Below are positions 1 to 11,209 of a stretch of DNA of 64,000 bases, piece after piece. The position numbers and the translations under genes are program-made. Numbering within the stretch: the first letter of the stretch is position 1; every line of letters starts with the position of its first letter. The notes beneath the pieces are model-generated. The model was not told the DNA's origin. It ran no database searches and saw only the letters and a list, made by a program, of their open reading frames with translations. Source of the stretch: Trypanosoma brucei (lineage: Eukaryota). The stretch spans positions 1,312,001-1,376,000 of the forward strand of contig CP000067.1 in NCBI GenBank assembly GCA_000002445.1, written 5' to 3'.

Positions 1-578
1 CTTTTTCTTTCATTTCATGCGTTTGATATATAAAGGTATATGCATGTCGAGATACATACATATATAAATATATATATTTACCAAGATACACACAAGTGGT
101 TTTTAGATGGCCCCCCCTTTCCTTTCTCTCTTTTCCTTCATTTTTTTTCTTTCCAGAAACCAATTTTAAAGCATATAAAAGTATAGCGAACGAGAGCAGG
201 GAGGGTGCGATGAACCAGCAAACGAACAGCGAAAGAAAGAAACAAAAACAAAAAAAAAAAAGACGAGTTTCCATGTGACTGCGGCGGGATGGATAAAGGG
301 TCACAAAGAAGCAGGGAAAGGTAAGGCAACTTAGAGTTACGGACGAGGAATGATATGCGGGTGGCGTGTGGTGCACTACACATATCATTGGGAAGAATGA
401 ATAGAGGTGAGCTTAAACAATATAAATATGATTTGGCATGTATTTACGTGTCTTTACATTTCACGCGTCTCTGTTTCACCCTTTATTTATTTTCCCGCCA
501 GTGTCTCGGGGACGTATGCGATTTTGGTGGCAACACCGGTGCACAGGGGGGAAGGTTCGCATGCTTTATTCACAAAGT

Positions 579-670
579 GCACACACACACACATCCATAC
601 ACACACGCAAACACACACACACACAAGCGCACACGCATATATATACATATATATATATATATATGTATAT
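579..670. repeat. Compound microsatellite, (CA)n-rich then (TA)n.
   Basis: acacacacacacatccatacacacacgcaaacacacacacacacaagcgcacacgcatatatatacatatatatatatatatatgtatat. Confidence 0.9.
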
Positions 671-1453
671 TTTGGTGGATAAAACTTAATTATCATATTA
701 ACTATTCAAGCAACACAGGGAGGGTAGCAGCAACGGCAACAGACCAAACAAGAGTGAAAAAAGGAAAAAAAATGAGTAAAGTGGAAAATGAAATGAGATG
801 AAACGGATAAACAACATTTTTCCTTTTTTCTTCTTTCAGCGGTTTTTAGCGTGTGAGTTTGAAGAGACCTTTCTCACTACATACGCACACTCCTTTCCCC
901 TCCCCCGCTGCAACATAATGCCTAACACGAGCACGTATGGAACTGCCCAGTTAAAAGGACTCAAAACGTAAAAGAAAAAAAAAAGAGAGAAGGGGAGGGG
1001 GGAAAAACAGACGAAAATAGGAACAAAGACAGAAAAGAACGAGCAGCAATACAACAGTAACAAAAGGAAAACGTGTTTCATGCGCAAGAAAAAGGAAAAA
1101 TTGGAGGAAGAGAAGGAGGAGGAGGGGAAACGAGCGTGGAATTTTCTTCTCATTGCTTCCGCGCCTCCAATTGGTACAGCCGTACGGCACAACCCTTCCT
1201 TCCTTCTTTTCATTCTTTTTTTGGAGGAGGAAGAGGGGAGGGAACGCTCCGCGCGGCGCAAAAAAAAAAAAAGAAGAAAGAAATCCCCTTCTCTTGCTTA
1301 TTTGCAAACTCGACTTCAAACATAAACAAAAAACAAACAACCTTCCACAAAGACGCGCAGACACAAATCCGCCGATGCGCTCGCAGGAAGATGGATTCGC
1401 AAGCATACAAGTTTTTTTTTTTTAATTCCCACCCTTCTCTCCTTCCCCCCTCA

Positions 1454-2140
1454 TTACCGTGGAGAGAAAATGAGGGGTTCTTCTTCCCAGGTTTTTTCGA
1501 CGTACTTGATGCGACTATTTGCCGGGTTCAGCGAGTATTCGAACCCCATGCCGTACACTTCGTCTGCGTCATTCATTATATCCGCCTTTCGCTCCGCGTC
1601 CTCTTCTGATTGCATGATCCGTTCTATCAATTCTTCCACCAGAGCGCAGTGAGAATCAGTTGATGCTGGTTGTGACCGATTTAAGCGCTGCAGATGGTGG
1701 TGCAATCCCGTGAGAAGTTCTATAAAAGTGGGGCCGGCAGAGGCTTCTGGAACCTGTCTATTGGATCGAGAAGTCTCTGCTCCATTTGTGGTTGTGGTGC
1801 CTTGTCCCCCTGCTGTAGTGATGGAGTGAGATCTTCCACGTCTGGCACGCATTTCCCTATCCGCCAATACTTCCGTCACACCTACCGTGGAGGCCAGTGG
1901 AATGCCTTCAACCGCATGTTTGTTGGTTACCAGCACCTCAGTGGCTTGTCGTATTAAACGGTTTCGCAGGAGTTCACCCGAGAGGTTGTTGGCTGTTGAC
2001 CCTAAGCGCAAACGTTGCTGCTCCCGTGAAGCCCCAAGGCGCCATCTCGTTTTTGTTATGGTGTATATGATGACGACTACACCCAACCCAAGCATCAAAA
2101 GGACGACCAGGACGGCCTGCAGTGTTGGGGCATTACTCAT
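1454..2140 (-). CDS. Hypothetical single-pass membrane protein, paralog 1. ORF track gives 1454..2191; likely start is MSNAPTLQ at 2140.
   Basis: 245-aa ORF with N-terminal hydrophobic segment (LQAVLVVLLMLGLGVVVIIY). Shares the block ATEVLVTNKHAVEGIPLASTVGVTEVLADREMR with the ORF at 3303..4484. 'cat' at 2138-2140 gives M-S-N-A-P on the minus strand. Confidence 0.5.
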   Translation of the reverse strand: MSNAPTLQAVLVVLLMLGLGVVVIIYTITKTRWRLGASREQQRLRLGSTANNLSGELLRNRLIRQATEVLVTNKHAVEGIPLASTVGVTEVLADREMRARRGRSHSITTAGGQGTTTTNGAETSRSNRQVPEASAGPTFIELLTGLHHHLQRLNRSQPASTDSHCALVEELIERIMQSEEDAERKADIMNDADEVYGMGFEYSLNPANSRIKYVEKTWEEEPLIFSPR

Positions 2141-2294
2141 TTGCACGGCAGCCACACTACGGTATTTTTCTTTTCTTTTTTTTCCCCCCAACGAAACGAA
2201 GAACTGAATGACTTTGATTTCAACTGCCGCGCACCAAAAGGAAGGGGATGGGAGGGGTATTAACGAATCTCAAGATGCAAGCCTCTCCCGCGGG

Positions 2295-2558
2295 TACGGT
2301 GGGAGAGGGATAACTTCCGCCTGACGTTTGTAACACCCGCGACCAGAATGAGGAACTATTGGGTTGGTGCACGGGTTTTTGGGGCTTTGTGTATGTGTGT
2401 GTGTGTGTCGAGGGGGGGGGGTAGAGTGAAATGGAATGGAGGAAAAACGATAATAATAATAATAGTAATAATAATAATATAAGAGTGTAAATGGGGAGAA
2501 TGTGTACGGTATCAGGGGTAAAACATATTTGCATATGCATACATGCATGTGAAATATA
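2295..2558 (-). repeat. Duplicated 5'-flank segment, copy 1 of 2. On the minus strand it carries a poly-pyrimidine tract ((TTA)n, C-run, (CA)n).
   Basis: Near-identical to 4133..4406 (ggtgggagagggataacttccgcctgacg ... gcatatgcatacatgcatgtgaaata). Differences are limited to (ATA)n length. It lies upstream, in the minus-strand sense, of paralog 1. Confidence 0.7.
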
Positions 2559-3302
2559 AACAAATAGCTAAGGATGGAAATGTGATTGAATGAAATATAA
2601 CAGAGGGCTATCGAATCAGTACACTGTGATGGGGCGAGTAGGAAGTTTAAGGAGTTACACATTTGGTGTACAAACAAACGAAAGTAAGTGGGAAAAAGAA
2701 AGACAACATTAAAACAAAAAACAAAAGAAAGAGAGCACTAGCAACAAAACAATTAACGATCACACATAATAGATTCGGAACGGTTTGAGGTGCATAACTC
2801 TAAACGAGACTAAAAAGTAAGAAAAACGAATGCCAATAGAAAGAAAAACAACGAAAAATCAGCTAATGTGATTGAACATAAAACACACCCAGTGGACAAA
2901 GGAGCCACTCGGAACATGGACTCACCTCTGCAAGCAATGCAAATGACCACCAAATAATGATGGGTATCGGCAAGTGTTTCTTTTGGCAAGGGAAACAACA
3001 ACAATAATAATAAACAATAACAACGACTATCGAAAGCTATCATTAGGCGGCTTTCTTATTTATAAGTTCCCTACATTAAAAACTCAAGGAAGAGAGTAAG
3101 GAGGAAAATGGGGATGATGAAAGAAGAGTTGGATGTGGGAGAGGATGTCTTCTTTCCACACTCTTTTCCTCTCTCGATCATGTATTCAATCCCCATAACA
3201 TTCCATTTCACATCCTTTAGATTCACACTAAAACACATCTAACGAACATTTGCACACAGACAAGTACCAATGAAATGACACACCCACTCGCGAAACCCTT
3301 CC

Positions 3303-3998
3303 CTAATATGTGGTGGAGGGAACATCGCCCCTTTTACATAGATGATTAAAAGCATTTTCTGTACGTACGTTAGCAGGGTTGTGCGTATACTCTGATCCCT
3401 TTCCGTATACTTCTTCCACACTACTTTCCTCTGCCCTGTTGCGTTTCTTTTTCTTGTCTTCTAGCTTGGCAAACTCTTCTATCGTCAGTTCCGCTACCGA
3501 AAGCCCAGAATCACCGAAGGGTTCTGCTCCCCCCGCCCGCCGCTGCTGTTGACTTAAACTTTCGAGGAGCTCCACAACTGAAGGGCCGGGAAGCGCATCA
3601 GGCGTTGGGCCGTTTTCCCTCACTAACTCCGCCACACGAGATATCGTAGCGCGCCTCCCATCTGCCATCGTGATGAGGGGTGGCCTGCCTTGATAAGTAT
3701 TGCTACGCATTTCCCTATCCGCCAATACCTCCGTCACACCTACCATAGAAGCCAGTGGAATGCCTTCATGCACGTAATTGTTGGCCAATAATATTTCAAT
3801 GGCTTGACGTGTCAAACGGCTGCGCGCACGCTCCTGGCTGCTCTGCCCAGTTGCCTCCCGCCGACCCTGTCGATGCGCTCTCGCCAGCTGAGCTCGACGA
3901 CGGCGCTGTTTCACCATCATGTACTCAGTCATTACGACGGCAACGCACGCAAATAGAAAAGCAGCGAAAGCAAGGTTTATTGCTTGCGTAAGCTCCAT
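3303..3998 (-). CDS. Hypothetical single-pass membrane protein, paralog 2. ORF track gives 3303..4484; likely start is MELTQAINLAF at 3998.
   Basis: Shares the conserved block (ATEVLVTNKHAVEGIPLAS.VGVTEVLADREMR) and a TM helix with 1454..2140. The upstream portion of the ORF reads through the repeat and poly-Y flank (YYYYYY, THTHTHT translations). 'cat' at 3996-3998. Confidence 0.5.
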   Translation of the reverse strand: MELTQAINLAFAAFLFACVAVVMTEYMMVKQRRRRAQLARAHRQGRREATGQSSQERARSRLTRQAIEILLANNYVHEGIPLASMVGVTEVLADREMRSNTYQGRPPLITMADGRRATISRVAELVRENGPTPDALPGPSVVELLESLSQQQRRAGGAEPFGDSGLSVAELTIEEFAKLEDKKKKRNRAEESSVEEVYGKGSEYTHNPANVRTENAFNHLCKRGDVPSTTY

Positions 3999-4132
3999 CT
4001 TTTTACTATCTTCTTCCTCACCCTCCCTAATCTCCGAACCTTTCCGATGTCCTTCACTCCCTAAAACCCACAAAAATGTACTGCTCCCTACTTGTTGTGA
4101 GATTTCAATGTCGTGGTAACACTGCCGTTGGC

Positions 4133-4406
4133 TCGGTGGGAGAGGGATAACTTCCGCCTGACGTTTGTAACACCCGCGACCAGAATGAGGAACTATTGGG
4201 TTGGTGCACGGGTTTTTGGGGCTTTGTGTATGTGTGTGTGTGTGTCGAGGGGGGGGGGTAGAGTGAAATGGAATGGAGGAAAAACGATAATAATAATAAT
4301 AATAACAATAGTAATAATAATAGTAATATAAGAGTGTAAATGGGGAGAATGTGTACGGTATCAGGGGTAAAACATATTTGCATATGCATACATGCATGTG
4401 AAATAC
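4133..4406 (-). repeat. Duplicated 5'-flank segment, copy 2 of 2.
   Basis: Near-identical to 2295..2558. Lies immediately upstream (minus sense) of paralog 2. Confidence 0.7.
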
Positions 4407-4974
4407 ATGTTCCGATCTGTACTGCCTTGGGTTAATGAGGTAAAATAAACAACAATGAGCGCATGGTTGGTTGGTTAGTGCCACGTAGTCGTCGCATTCT
4501 GCAACAAAACAAGCGGCTACCTAAATATTATTCAGAAGCAATGCACACGGAGGCGACGAAGTAGATGTTCCTCCGCACCACAGTGCTGTGTGAAAAACGG
4601 GTGCCAGTGCTTCTAACCTCCTTGCGCTTTCTTTTGCTTCTCTAGAACCTTCTGTTTTATGTTTCACACCCCACTGTTTTACCGATCGCCAGGAATACCC
4701 GAACAAGCAAACAAGCACCGAAAACAAACAAAAGACCCCACCACGACGCGAGAAGTAAAGAAACCTTAATGCGATAACAACAACACCCATTTAAAAAATA
4801 ACTATAATATACCGACCCGACGAGGGTTGCCATATGCATACCCATATAGATGAAGGAATAAATACAAATATATAATTATATAATTATATTTATATTCATA
4901 TGACTAGGTGTATAAATAAAACAAACACATTCACACACTTATGTATGAGTGCACGGCACTCGTGTGCCTCCCAA

Positions 4975-5439
4975 TTACAGTGTCTTCTCCACCTCCCCTC
5001 CCTTGCTTTCACTAGCGGCAAGCGAAACTCCCGTGGTTCGGGGAATATATGCCGAATGCCCGTACACCACATCTGCGTGACTTGTTGCCTGTTCTAAAGG
5101 ATTGTTTGGTATTTCACTCCGAGGGGGTTCCTCCTGCTGCAGCTGAGCCGCTGTAGTCATCTCATGGTGACGCGCTATGGGAATACCTGGCAGAATTATT
5201 GCCTCCGGAGGCGGTGGGACCACAGTTGTTGGTTGGGCTACCGGAATATTAATGTAATTGCCTTCATTCCATGGAGGAGCGGGATGCAGCGGCTGATGCG
5301 GAGACAAGCCATCATTTCCTTCCTGCTGCTCCCCATCCTGTAAAAGCCGTCGTGGGCGAAACATCAATAAAACGCGTATGATGAGGAACAGAAAGACAAA
5401 TGTAAATACCAATAACAACGTGAAGTTCGTTTCCGACAT
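4975..5439 (-). CDS. Hypothetical small membrane protein. N-terminal TM helix, then a Pro-rich tail.
   Basis: 154-aa minus-strand ORF. The hydrophobic stretch LLLVFTFVFLFLIIRVLLMF is followed by a Pro/Gln-rich segment. Orientation matches the neighbouring genes. Confidence 0.3.
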   Translation of the reverse strand: MSETNFTLLLVFTFVFLFLIIRVLLMFRPRRLLQDGEQQEGNDGLSPHQPLHPAPPWNEGNYINIPVAQPTTVVPPPPEAIILPGIPIARHHEMTTAAQLQQEEPPRSEIPNNPLEQATSHADVVYGHSAYIPRTTGVSLAASESKGGEVEKTL

Positions 5440-7220
5440 TAGCGTTGGGATATGTGCGTGTCTGGAAGGTGAACCACTGGCGTGGGGAAAACGAAGTTAT
5501 AATAAACAATTAGTGGCGAGTCGCGACGATAATAAGGAACGCGTCTTTGTACCGAATTGAGCGTGGTGTGCGTAACTACAAATCCGCGCACCGCTACATA
5601 CAACTACCAAATGAAGACAAACGAAAAAGGAGGGTATAAAACCATAAAGGTGAAAGGGGCCCACGCATGACGGTCACGTATTTTAGACAACTTAATCTCT
5701 AGTAAATCTCTCGTGTGGAAGATGATCAAAAGGAAAAAAAAGTCACAAAGTTAAATTGTGAGAGTCCTGATGGCGTTGCTGAGAACGAGGCCTAAGTGAG
5801 GTTTGCTTTCCCTGCAACCTCAATCCCCCTTCCCTTGTTGCCTTCGCCATATCGCCCTTTTTCTTGGGGAGGGGAGGGGGGCGGAAGGTGCGTGCCCGCA
5901 GCAATTACACTTGAGATCCCTCTCACATCATCGCATGTACGTCACCTCTCTTTTGCCCCTTCAAGGCCACAATACAAGATCACTATTCAACGAATAAGCC
6001 CTCAAAATTAAAAAGGAAAGGGTACAAAAGCATCAAAAAACACAGGTATCGGGATGAATTAGGCAAGTACGTGTACCTCACCTTGTAACTTTTTTATCCT
6101 GCCAAATTTCTCCTCTCTTCGGCGTGGTTGTGGGATTCATTACCTGCAGCCGTGTGTTTTGAAGATATTATGTTTTATCCCCTTCCCTCCCCCACTTTAT
6201 AAAATTAAACGACTGAATCCTACGCAGCCATGGGGGCACTTCCTCATCGCCACACCTCCTTCTCCTCCTGGTACATCCCTTCTTGTTCATATGCAAACTC
6301 ATTTGTTTCTTTTTTAATTATAAATCGAAAAAGATGTCCAATGTCACAAGTTCACAGGGTAATTACCCAAGAGAAAGAAAAAGGGGGAGGGAAAGGGGGA
6401 ATATGTTGGGCGACCGGCACGAAAAAGAAAAAAAATGAAATAAGAAAATGCCAAAGTGAGGAAAAAATGACAACGAAGACAAACTAATCTCGCCTTCCGT
6501 CGTGCAACCCACACGTCCTCCTTTTTCCGAACGAAAAAAATAAAAAATTACAATTATCAGCTGTGCGGTTGCTCCGCAGACGGGGCAGTTGGTTGTTCGG
6601 AGTAACCTCCTAACTTAAAAGAAATAACCATAATAATAATAATTACACGAACCGCTTTGCGACAATAATGCCGTCTTCTGTTCACAACCCATCTCATTCT
6701 TTTTTAGTGATCAACTGAAAATACAATCAAACGCAGAAACCCGATAGCAATAATAATGCTGAAGTAAGATTAACAATTGAGTTTCAACTTAAAATAATAG
6801 TAACAGCACCGCATCCACAAATAACAAAAAAGGATCCAGGAACTTCCCAAGCTACAGTAAAACAAATGTTTAAAAAAACGTAAGCAAACAGAAGCACACA
6901 ATTGCACTTACCCGCTCAGAATCGAAACGACACAAGAAAAAGCAAATCAGGGAACCCTTCATTACGAAACATTTGAATATATAATTGGACCCTGCCATTC
7001 TTCAAAGAACAAAAGAATATATATATATATATCACACCACACTGACAAACCACAACAAATCAACTGACCGAGGCAACAAAATCTACAACAAAGGACAACA
7101 AAAAATGAAAATAAAGCGATGAATGGCAAGCAAAAAATAAAAATAAAATAAGAAGAACCAACGCGGCAATCTACAAAAAAAAAAAATGAAAAAGTACCGT
7201 TTGCCAAGCGTGGGGAATTA

Positions 7221-8699
7221 TTACCAGCCCACAGCCACTCCGTATATAGTGGCTCCAGTGCCAAATACAGACAAGGCAACACCAGCAAATAAAACTGCGT
7301 ATGTTGCAATGTAGTGTAGCCACCCAACGGTACTCAGGGACCAGTTACCACCATACATCATGAATAAGGAGGGAAGGATGAATCCAAGAAATCCACCACA
7401 CACAGAGCCAACGAAACCAAACACTGTATTAATGTTCGGAATAAATAGGCCACAAAGCAGCATAATTATGGAAATGGTTCCAATAATAGTGCAATGCTTA
7501 AAAAATGAAAGCTTCTCCGTATCCAAGCCGATAATGCCGCACAACCCATTTCGGCATGTCATTGCAAGAAGAGCGTAAGATGCGAATAGTTTTACGAGCA
7601 GGCCAACAAATCCCACCAAAATTGCCGGCTCCTTCACGGGGTCATACATCAATAACACGGAGCCTGCCACATCACGCCCAAAGTCAAGGTAACCGAAGAA
7701 TGCTGTCATGACACACAGGACAAGACATATACCCATGGCAATAGCAGAGTATGCAGTAAACCTGTGCGCACTGGGCTTTGCCATTCCGAAATATATTTCA
7801 AAAACAGAGATATGACACAAAAATGCAAACGTAAAGACACCTGGGCCTTCCACTGCCCGGTTGCTGGTGCCGAAGAGGTGAATGCCCTCATCACCTGGCG
7901 CTCCAGTAACATGTACGTTCTTAATGTTTTCCGGCAGCCCGTTCATACATGAATGCACCACAATAACTACCATAAGGTAAAATACGAAGAAAACAGAAAT
8001 CGTCGAGACATACCTCAAGGAATTCACCTCTCGTGGAATGGTGAGTGGTAGCATAAAACATAGCCACATGATGAAAGTCAGAAGGCGATTACCCCACTTC
8101 TCCTTAAGGAAGTTTGGCGCATCTGTACCCTTAAGTATTGTGCTAACAATATCGCCTGTCGCTATTATCTGCGCTACGGCTGCCCCAAATGCGTTAACCA
8201 CACGTAATACCCCCGTAAAGTACAAACAAGGCTGCCCAAGCAGCGCACGCGCCATACCCTCGTAGGATCTGAATCTATGCCGCTCCATTTGTGCACCAAG
8301 ACAATATAATGAGTATACGCATAGGAAATATATGATGATAGGGTACACAAATGTCATGACCAGTCCAGTGCTGTTGGCGGCCGCGGGCAACCCGAGGATA
8401 CCAGCTCCGATACATATGGAGGCAAGGCTGAAGGCGGTCGAAACTAGCCCGCCCGGAGGGATCATTGAAGTGAAACACTTCATGGATGACTGTTCCCCTT
8501 CTCCCTCATTAGCGGGAAGAGCATTCTTGCCCTTAAGCCCTTCATCTTCTCCACTTATCACTTCGCAGGAGCCGAAAGGAGATGTGACATCTGCCTTGTT
8601 TATCTGTTCCCTGTCTGTTGTGGGGACCACTGCGGACGCCATCCAACAACAATGATAACAGAGTGTTTGCCTTGCTTGCGCACTTACGTGCATACGCAA
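7221..8699 (-). CDS. Amino acid transporter, AAAP family, type A, copy 1. An alternative start, MASAVVPTT, sits at 8642.
   Basis: 492-aa ORF with about 11 hydrophobic helices. Carries the AAAP-type N-terminal motif PPGG.VSTAFSLASICIGAGILGLPAAANSTGLV. About 99% identical to 11210..12688. Confidence 0.85.
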   Translation of the reverse strand: MRMHVSAQARQTLCYHCCWMASAVVPTTDREQINKADVTSPFGSCEVISGEDEGLKGKNALPANEGEGEQSSMKCFTSMIPPGGLVSTAFSLASICIGAGILGLPAAANSTGLVMTFVYPIIIYFLCVYSLYCLGAQMERHRFRSYEGMARALLGQPCLYFTGVLRVVNAFGAAVAQIIATGDIVSTILKGTDAPNFLKEKWGNRLLTFIMWLCFMLPLTIPREVNSLRYVSTISVFFVFYLMVVIVVHSCMNGLPENIKNVHVTGAPGDEGIHLFGTSNRAVEGPGVFTFAFLCHISVFEIYFGMAKPSAHRFTAYSAIAMGICLVLCVMTAFFGYLDFGRDVAGSVLLMYDPVKEPAILVGFVGLLVKLFASYALLAMTCRNGLCGIIGLDTEKLSFFKHCTIIGTISIIMLLCGLFIPNINTVFGFVGSVCGGFLGFILPSLFMMYGGNWSLSTVGWLHYIATYAVLFAGVALSVFGTGATIYGVAVGW

Positions 8700-8735
8700 A
8701 AGAAAAAGGGAGCAAACAGCGTAATGGAGAGTAAT
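8690..8735 (-). promoter_or_regulatory. Putative poly-pyrimidine tract and AG trans-splice acceptor region upstream of type-A AAT genes. The same sequence recurs at about 12680 and 16670.
   Basis: The plus strand is purine-rich here (gcaaaagaaaaagggagcaaacagcg), so the minus strand is CT-rich. It sits immediately 5' of each A-type ORF and is conserved in all three units. Confidence 0.4.
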
Positions 8736-9320
8736 TGTTTAGGGGATGATCATCCATGCGGTTGTGAATAACCGAAGATGATGGATATGCAGTGGTTATA
8801 GTCAGTTCAGTGAGGCAAAAAAAAAAAGGCGTTGAAACCATCTTTTTACACGGTGAATATTGCCAAATGTACTCCTTATGTGTTAAGCTCGGAACACGTC
8901 TATGTGTAAATGTATATGGAAAAAACGAGGTGAAGGGGACATGTTTACTGATGTAGATACACAAACCTCACGAAACATAAGAGCTGCGCGAAGGGACGGA
9001 CGAACAAAATACGGTTACCGAAGCCGCCGCAGCGACAGCAGGGTACCTAAGATATTAAATCGGGATAATAAGTTATGATAAAAGCAATAACACATAAAGA
9101 ATACGTAAGCCGATACAAAGCAAATCGTTTCACAGTGAACAGGAGGGAATGGATTCGCTCACCCACTTCAGTTAAAACGCTACTCGCTCAGTAGTTGAGT
9201 AAACCAAATCAAAAAAGGAAGGACAAGGTAAACAAAACAGATATTTAACAGTGCCAACAACGTTGTCACGACCTTCTTTTTAAATCATTCACTCGGGCTG
9301 ACCCTTATCATCCCTTGCTT

Positions 9321-10709
9321 TTATATGTTAATAGCTCCCCAGATGGAAGCCCCCGTGCCAAACACAATTGCAATGACACCAGTGATGAGTACCGTATACG
9401 TCGCGATATAGTGAAAGGGCCCAACTTTCTGCCATGTAAATCCACCGGCATACAATAACAACAGAGCAGGGAAAATGAATCCAAGAAGTCCACCAGAGAT
9501 CGAACCAGCGAGGCCAAGTACTGTATTAATGTTTGGAATAAATAGGCCACAAAGCAGCATAATTACGGAAAGGGTTACGACAGCAACACAGTGCTTCCAG
9601 AACATCACCTTCTCCGCATCCCAACCAATAATGCTGTACAGCGCGTTACGGCATGCCATTCCGAGCAGCGCGTAAGATGCGAATAGTTTTACGAGCAGGC
9701 CGATGAATCCCACCATAATTGCCGGCTCCTTCACGGGGTCATACATCAATAACACGGAGCCTGTAACATCACGCCCAAAGTCAAGGTAACCGAAGAATGC
9801 TGTCAAAACGTACATGGTGAAGCAGACAGCCATTGCAATGGTGGATGCCATTACAAACTTACCCACCGACCTGTTTGTCATTCCTACATAGACCTCATAC
9901 GCCGTAATTTGTGAGACGTAGGCGAAAATGAACACCCCAAGTCCTTCGATGGCCTTGTTCCCACTGTTAAAAAGCACAATTGCAGCCACATCATTCCTGC
10001 CCACGCTGACGTTCTTGATGTTTTCCGGCAACCCGTTCATACATGAATGCACCACAATAACGATCACAAGGTAGACAATGAAGCTAACAGCAAAGGTCGA
10101 GACGTACCTCAAGGAATTCACCTCTCGTGGAATGGCGAGTGGTAGCATAAAACATAGCCACATGATGAAAGTCAGAAGGCGATTACCCCACTTCTCCTTA
10201 AGGAAGTCTGGCGCATCTGTACCCTTAAGTATTGCGCTGAGGATATCACCCACGGATATTATGTACGCCACACAACCGCTGAAGCCATGAAAGGCACGGG
10301 TTGCGGCCACAAGGTAGGATCCCTTGGCACCAAACAATACTTTTGCCACACCCTCAAAGTCGTGTGTTTTTGTTTTGTCTGCAGCGACACCGAGGGCATA
10401 TATGGAGAATATAGTCATAACAGTAATTATAATGAGGTATACAATAGCCATAACGAGTCCGCTACTGTTGGCAGCGGAGGGTAGACCGACGATACCAGCT
10501 CCAACGGTTGATGATGCGATGTTGAAAGCACTTGCGGCAATGCCTCCGGGTGGGATGGCGGTGGCCACAAATGTGCTCATCCGTGCAAGGAAGCCGGTTC
10601 CCTCCCGCTGCTCTTGTGACTTGGGGTCTACAGCCGCGTCGCAGCATCCGATTGGTTCGTTCCTGACTTCCATGGCGGTGGGAACCTCTCGGGAGCAGGA
10701 GTCAGTCAC
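9321..10709 (-). CDS. Amino acid transporter, AAAP family, type B, copy 1.
   Basis: 462-aa polytopic ORF. Paralogous to type A, with shared blocks (GTDAP.FLKEKWGNRLLTFIMWLCFMLPL.IPREVNSLRYVST, LLMYDPVKEPAI.VGF.GLLVKLFASYALL). Identical at the protein level to 13309..14697. Confidence 0.85.
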   Translation of the reverse strand: MTDSCSREVPTAMEVRNEPIGCCDAAVDPKSQEQREGTGFLARMSTFVATAIPPGGIAASAFNIASSTVGAGIVGLPSAANSSGLVMAIVYLIIITVMTIFSIYALGVAADKTKTHDFEGVAKVLFGAKGSYLVAATRAFHGFSGCVAYIISVGDILSAILKGTDAPDFLKEKWGNRLLTFIMWLCFMLPLAIPREVNSLRYVSTFAVSFIVYLVIVIVVHSCMNGLPENIKNVSVGRNDVAAIVLFNSGNKAIEGLGVFIFAYVSQITAYEVYVGMTNRSVGKFVMASTIAMAVCFTMYVLTAFFGYLDFGRDVTGSVLLMYDPVKEPAIMVGFIGLLVKLFASYALLGMACRNALYSIIGWDAEKVMFWKHCVAVVTLSVIMLLCGLFIPNINTVLGLAGSISGGLLGFIFPALLLLYAGGFTWQKVGPFHYIATYTVLITGVIAIVFGTGASIWGAINI

Positions 10710-10774
10710 AATCGAGTCTGCGCCTTCGTTGCTCGTATTCTCTTTGTACTGGTATACGTGTGTGTGTGTTTTGG

Positions 10775-10835
10775 TGTGCAGTCAAAAAAATGTAGAAGAG
10801 AGTATAGGAGAAGGGAAAAGCACATTTTGTGTTAT
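10775..10835 (-). promoter_or_regulatory. Putative poly-pyrimidine tract and splice-acceptor region upstream of type-B AAT genes. It recurs at about 14765 and 18650.
   Basis: The plus strand reads aaaaaaatgtagaagagagtataggagaagggaaaagc, giving a pyrimidine-rich minus strand. Conserved in all three units. Confidence 0.4.
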
Positions 10836-11209
10836 TTCCATATTGGTTCCGGAATGTGCATCGGCATGGGCATGGGAGCGACGTGCACAGAACGTTTAAC
10901 ACTAATCCAACAAGATTGAAAACACATGTTATACCGCCTCTCCCCCATTTTTACGGAAAAATATTTCGTCCATGTTATACGTAAGAATAATGTACCCGCT
11001 ACAGAAGGAATTGCTGCTGGTTAGCACCGTCCCTTCAAAGGGGAAATAGCTGCAGCGCCTTCCACGCTCAATTAAGCACATAACATATTTACCAGAGTTT
11101 TTAAGTTATTCCGTATATTATTTGCTTGTGAAGCGCTTTTTCTCTCTAAAGTTGTGGCTTGTTACAACATTTTGCTTCGGAAGTACCGTTTGCCAAGCGT
11201 GGGGCATTA

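Noticed and set aside
836-1609. Several overlapping 80-180-aa ORFs on both strands (836..1261, 951..1406, 1073..1609, ...).
   Set aside because: These are translations of poly-purine/poly-pyrimidine and homopolymer tracts (KKKKK, FFFFF, EEEE), typical of trypanosome intergenic low complexity.
2270-2677. 135-aa minus ORF, and its twin at 4105..4389.
   Set aside because: They are translations of the duplicated 5'-flank repeat ((TAT)n gives YYYYYY, (CA)n gives THTHT). They represent processing-signal sequence, not protein.
8332-8655. Plus-strand ORFs of 60-190 aa recurring inside the transporter array (e.g. 8332..8655, 10324..10899, 12321..12641, 14312..14887, 16309..16632, 18197..18718).
   Set aside because: They are antisense to the well-supported minus-strand transporter CDSs. 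They recur only because the underlying DNA is repeated, and they have no domain signatures. I read them as frame-shadow artefacts.
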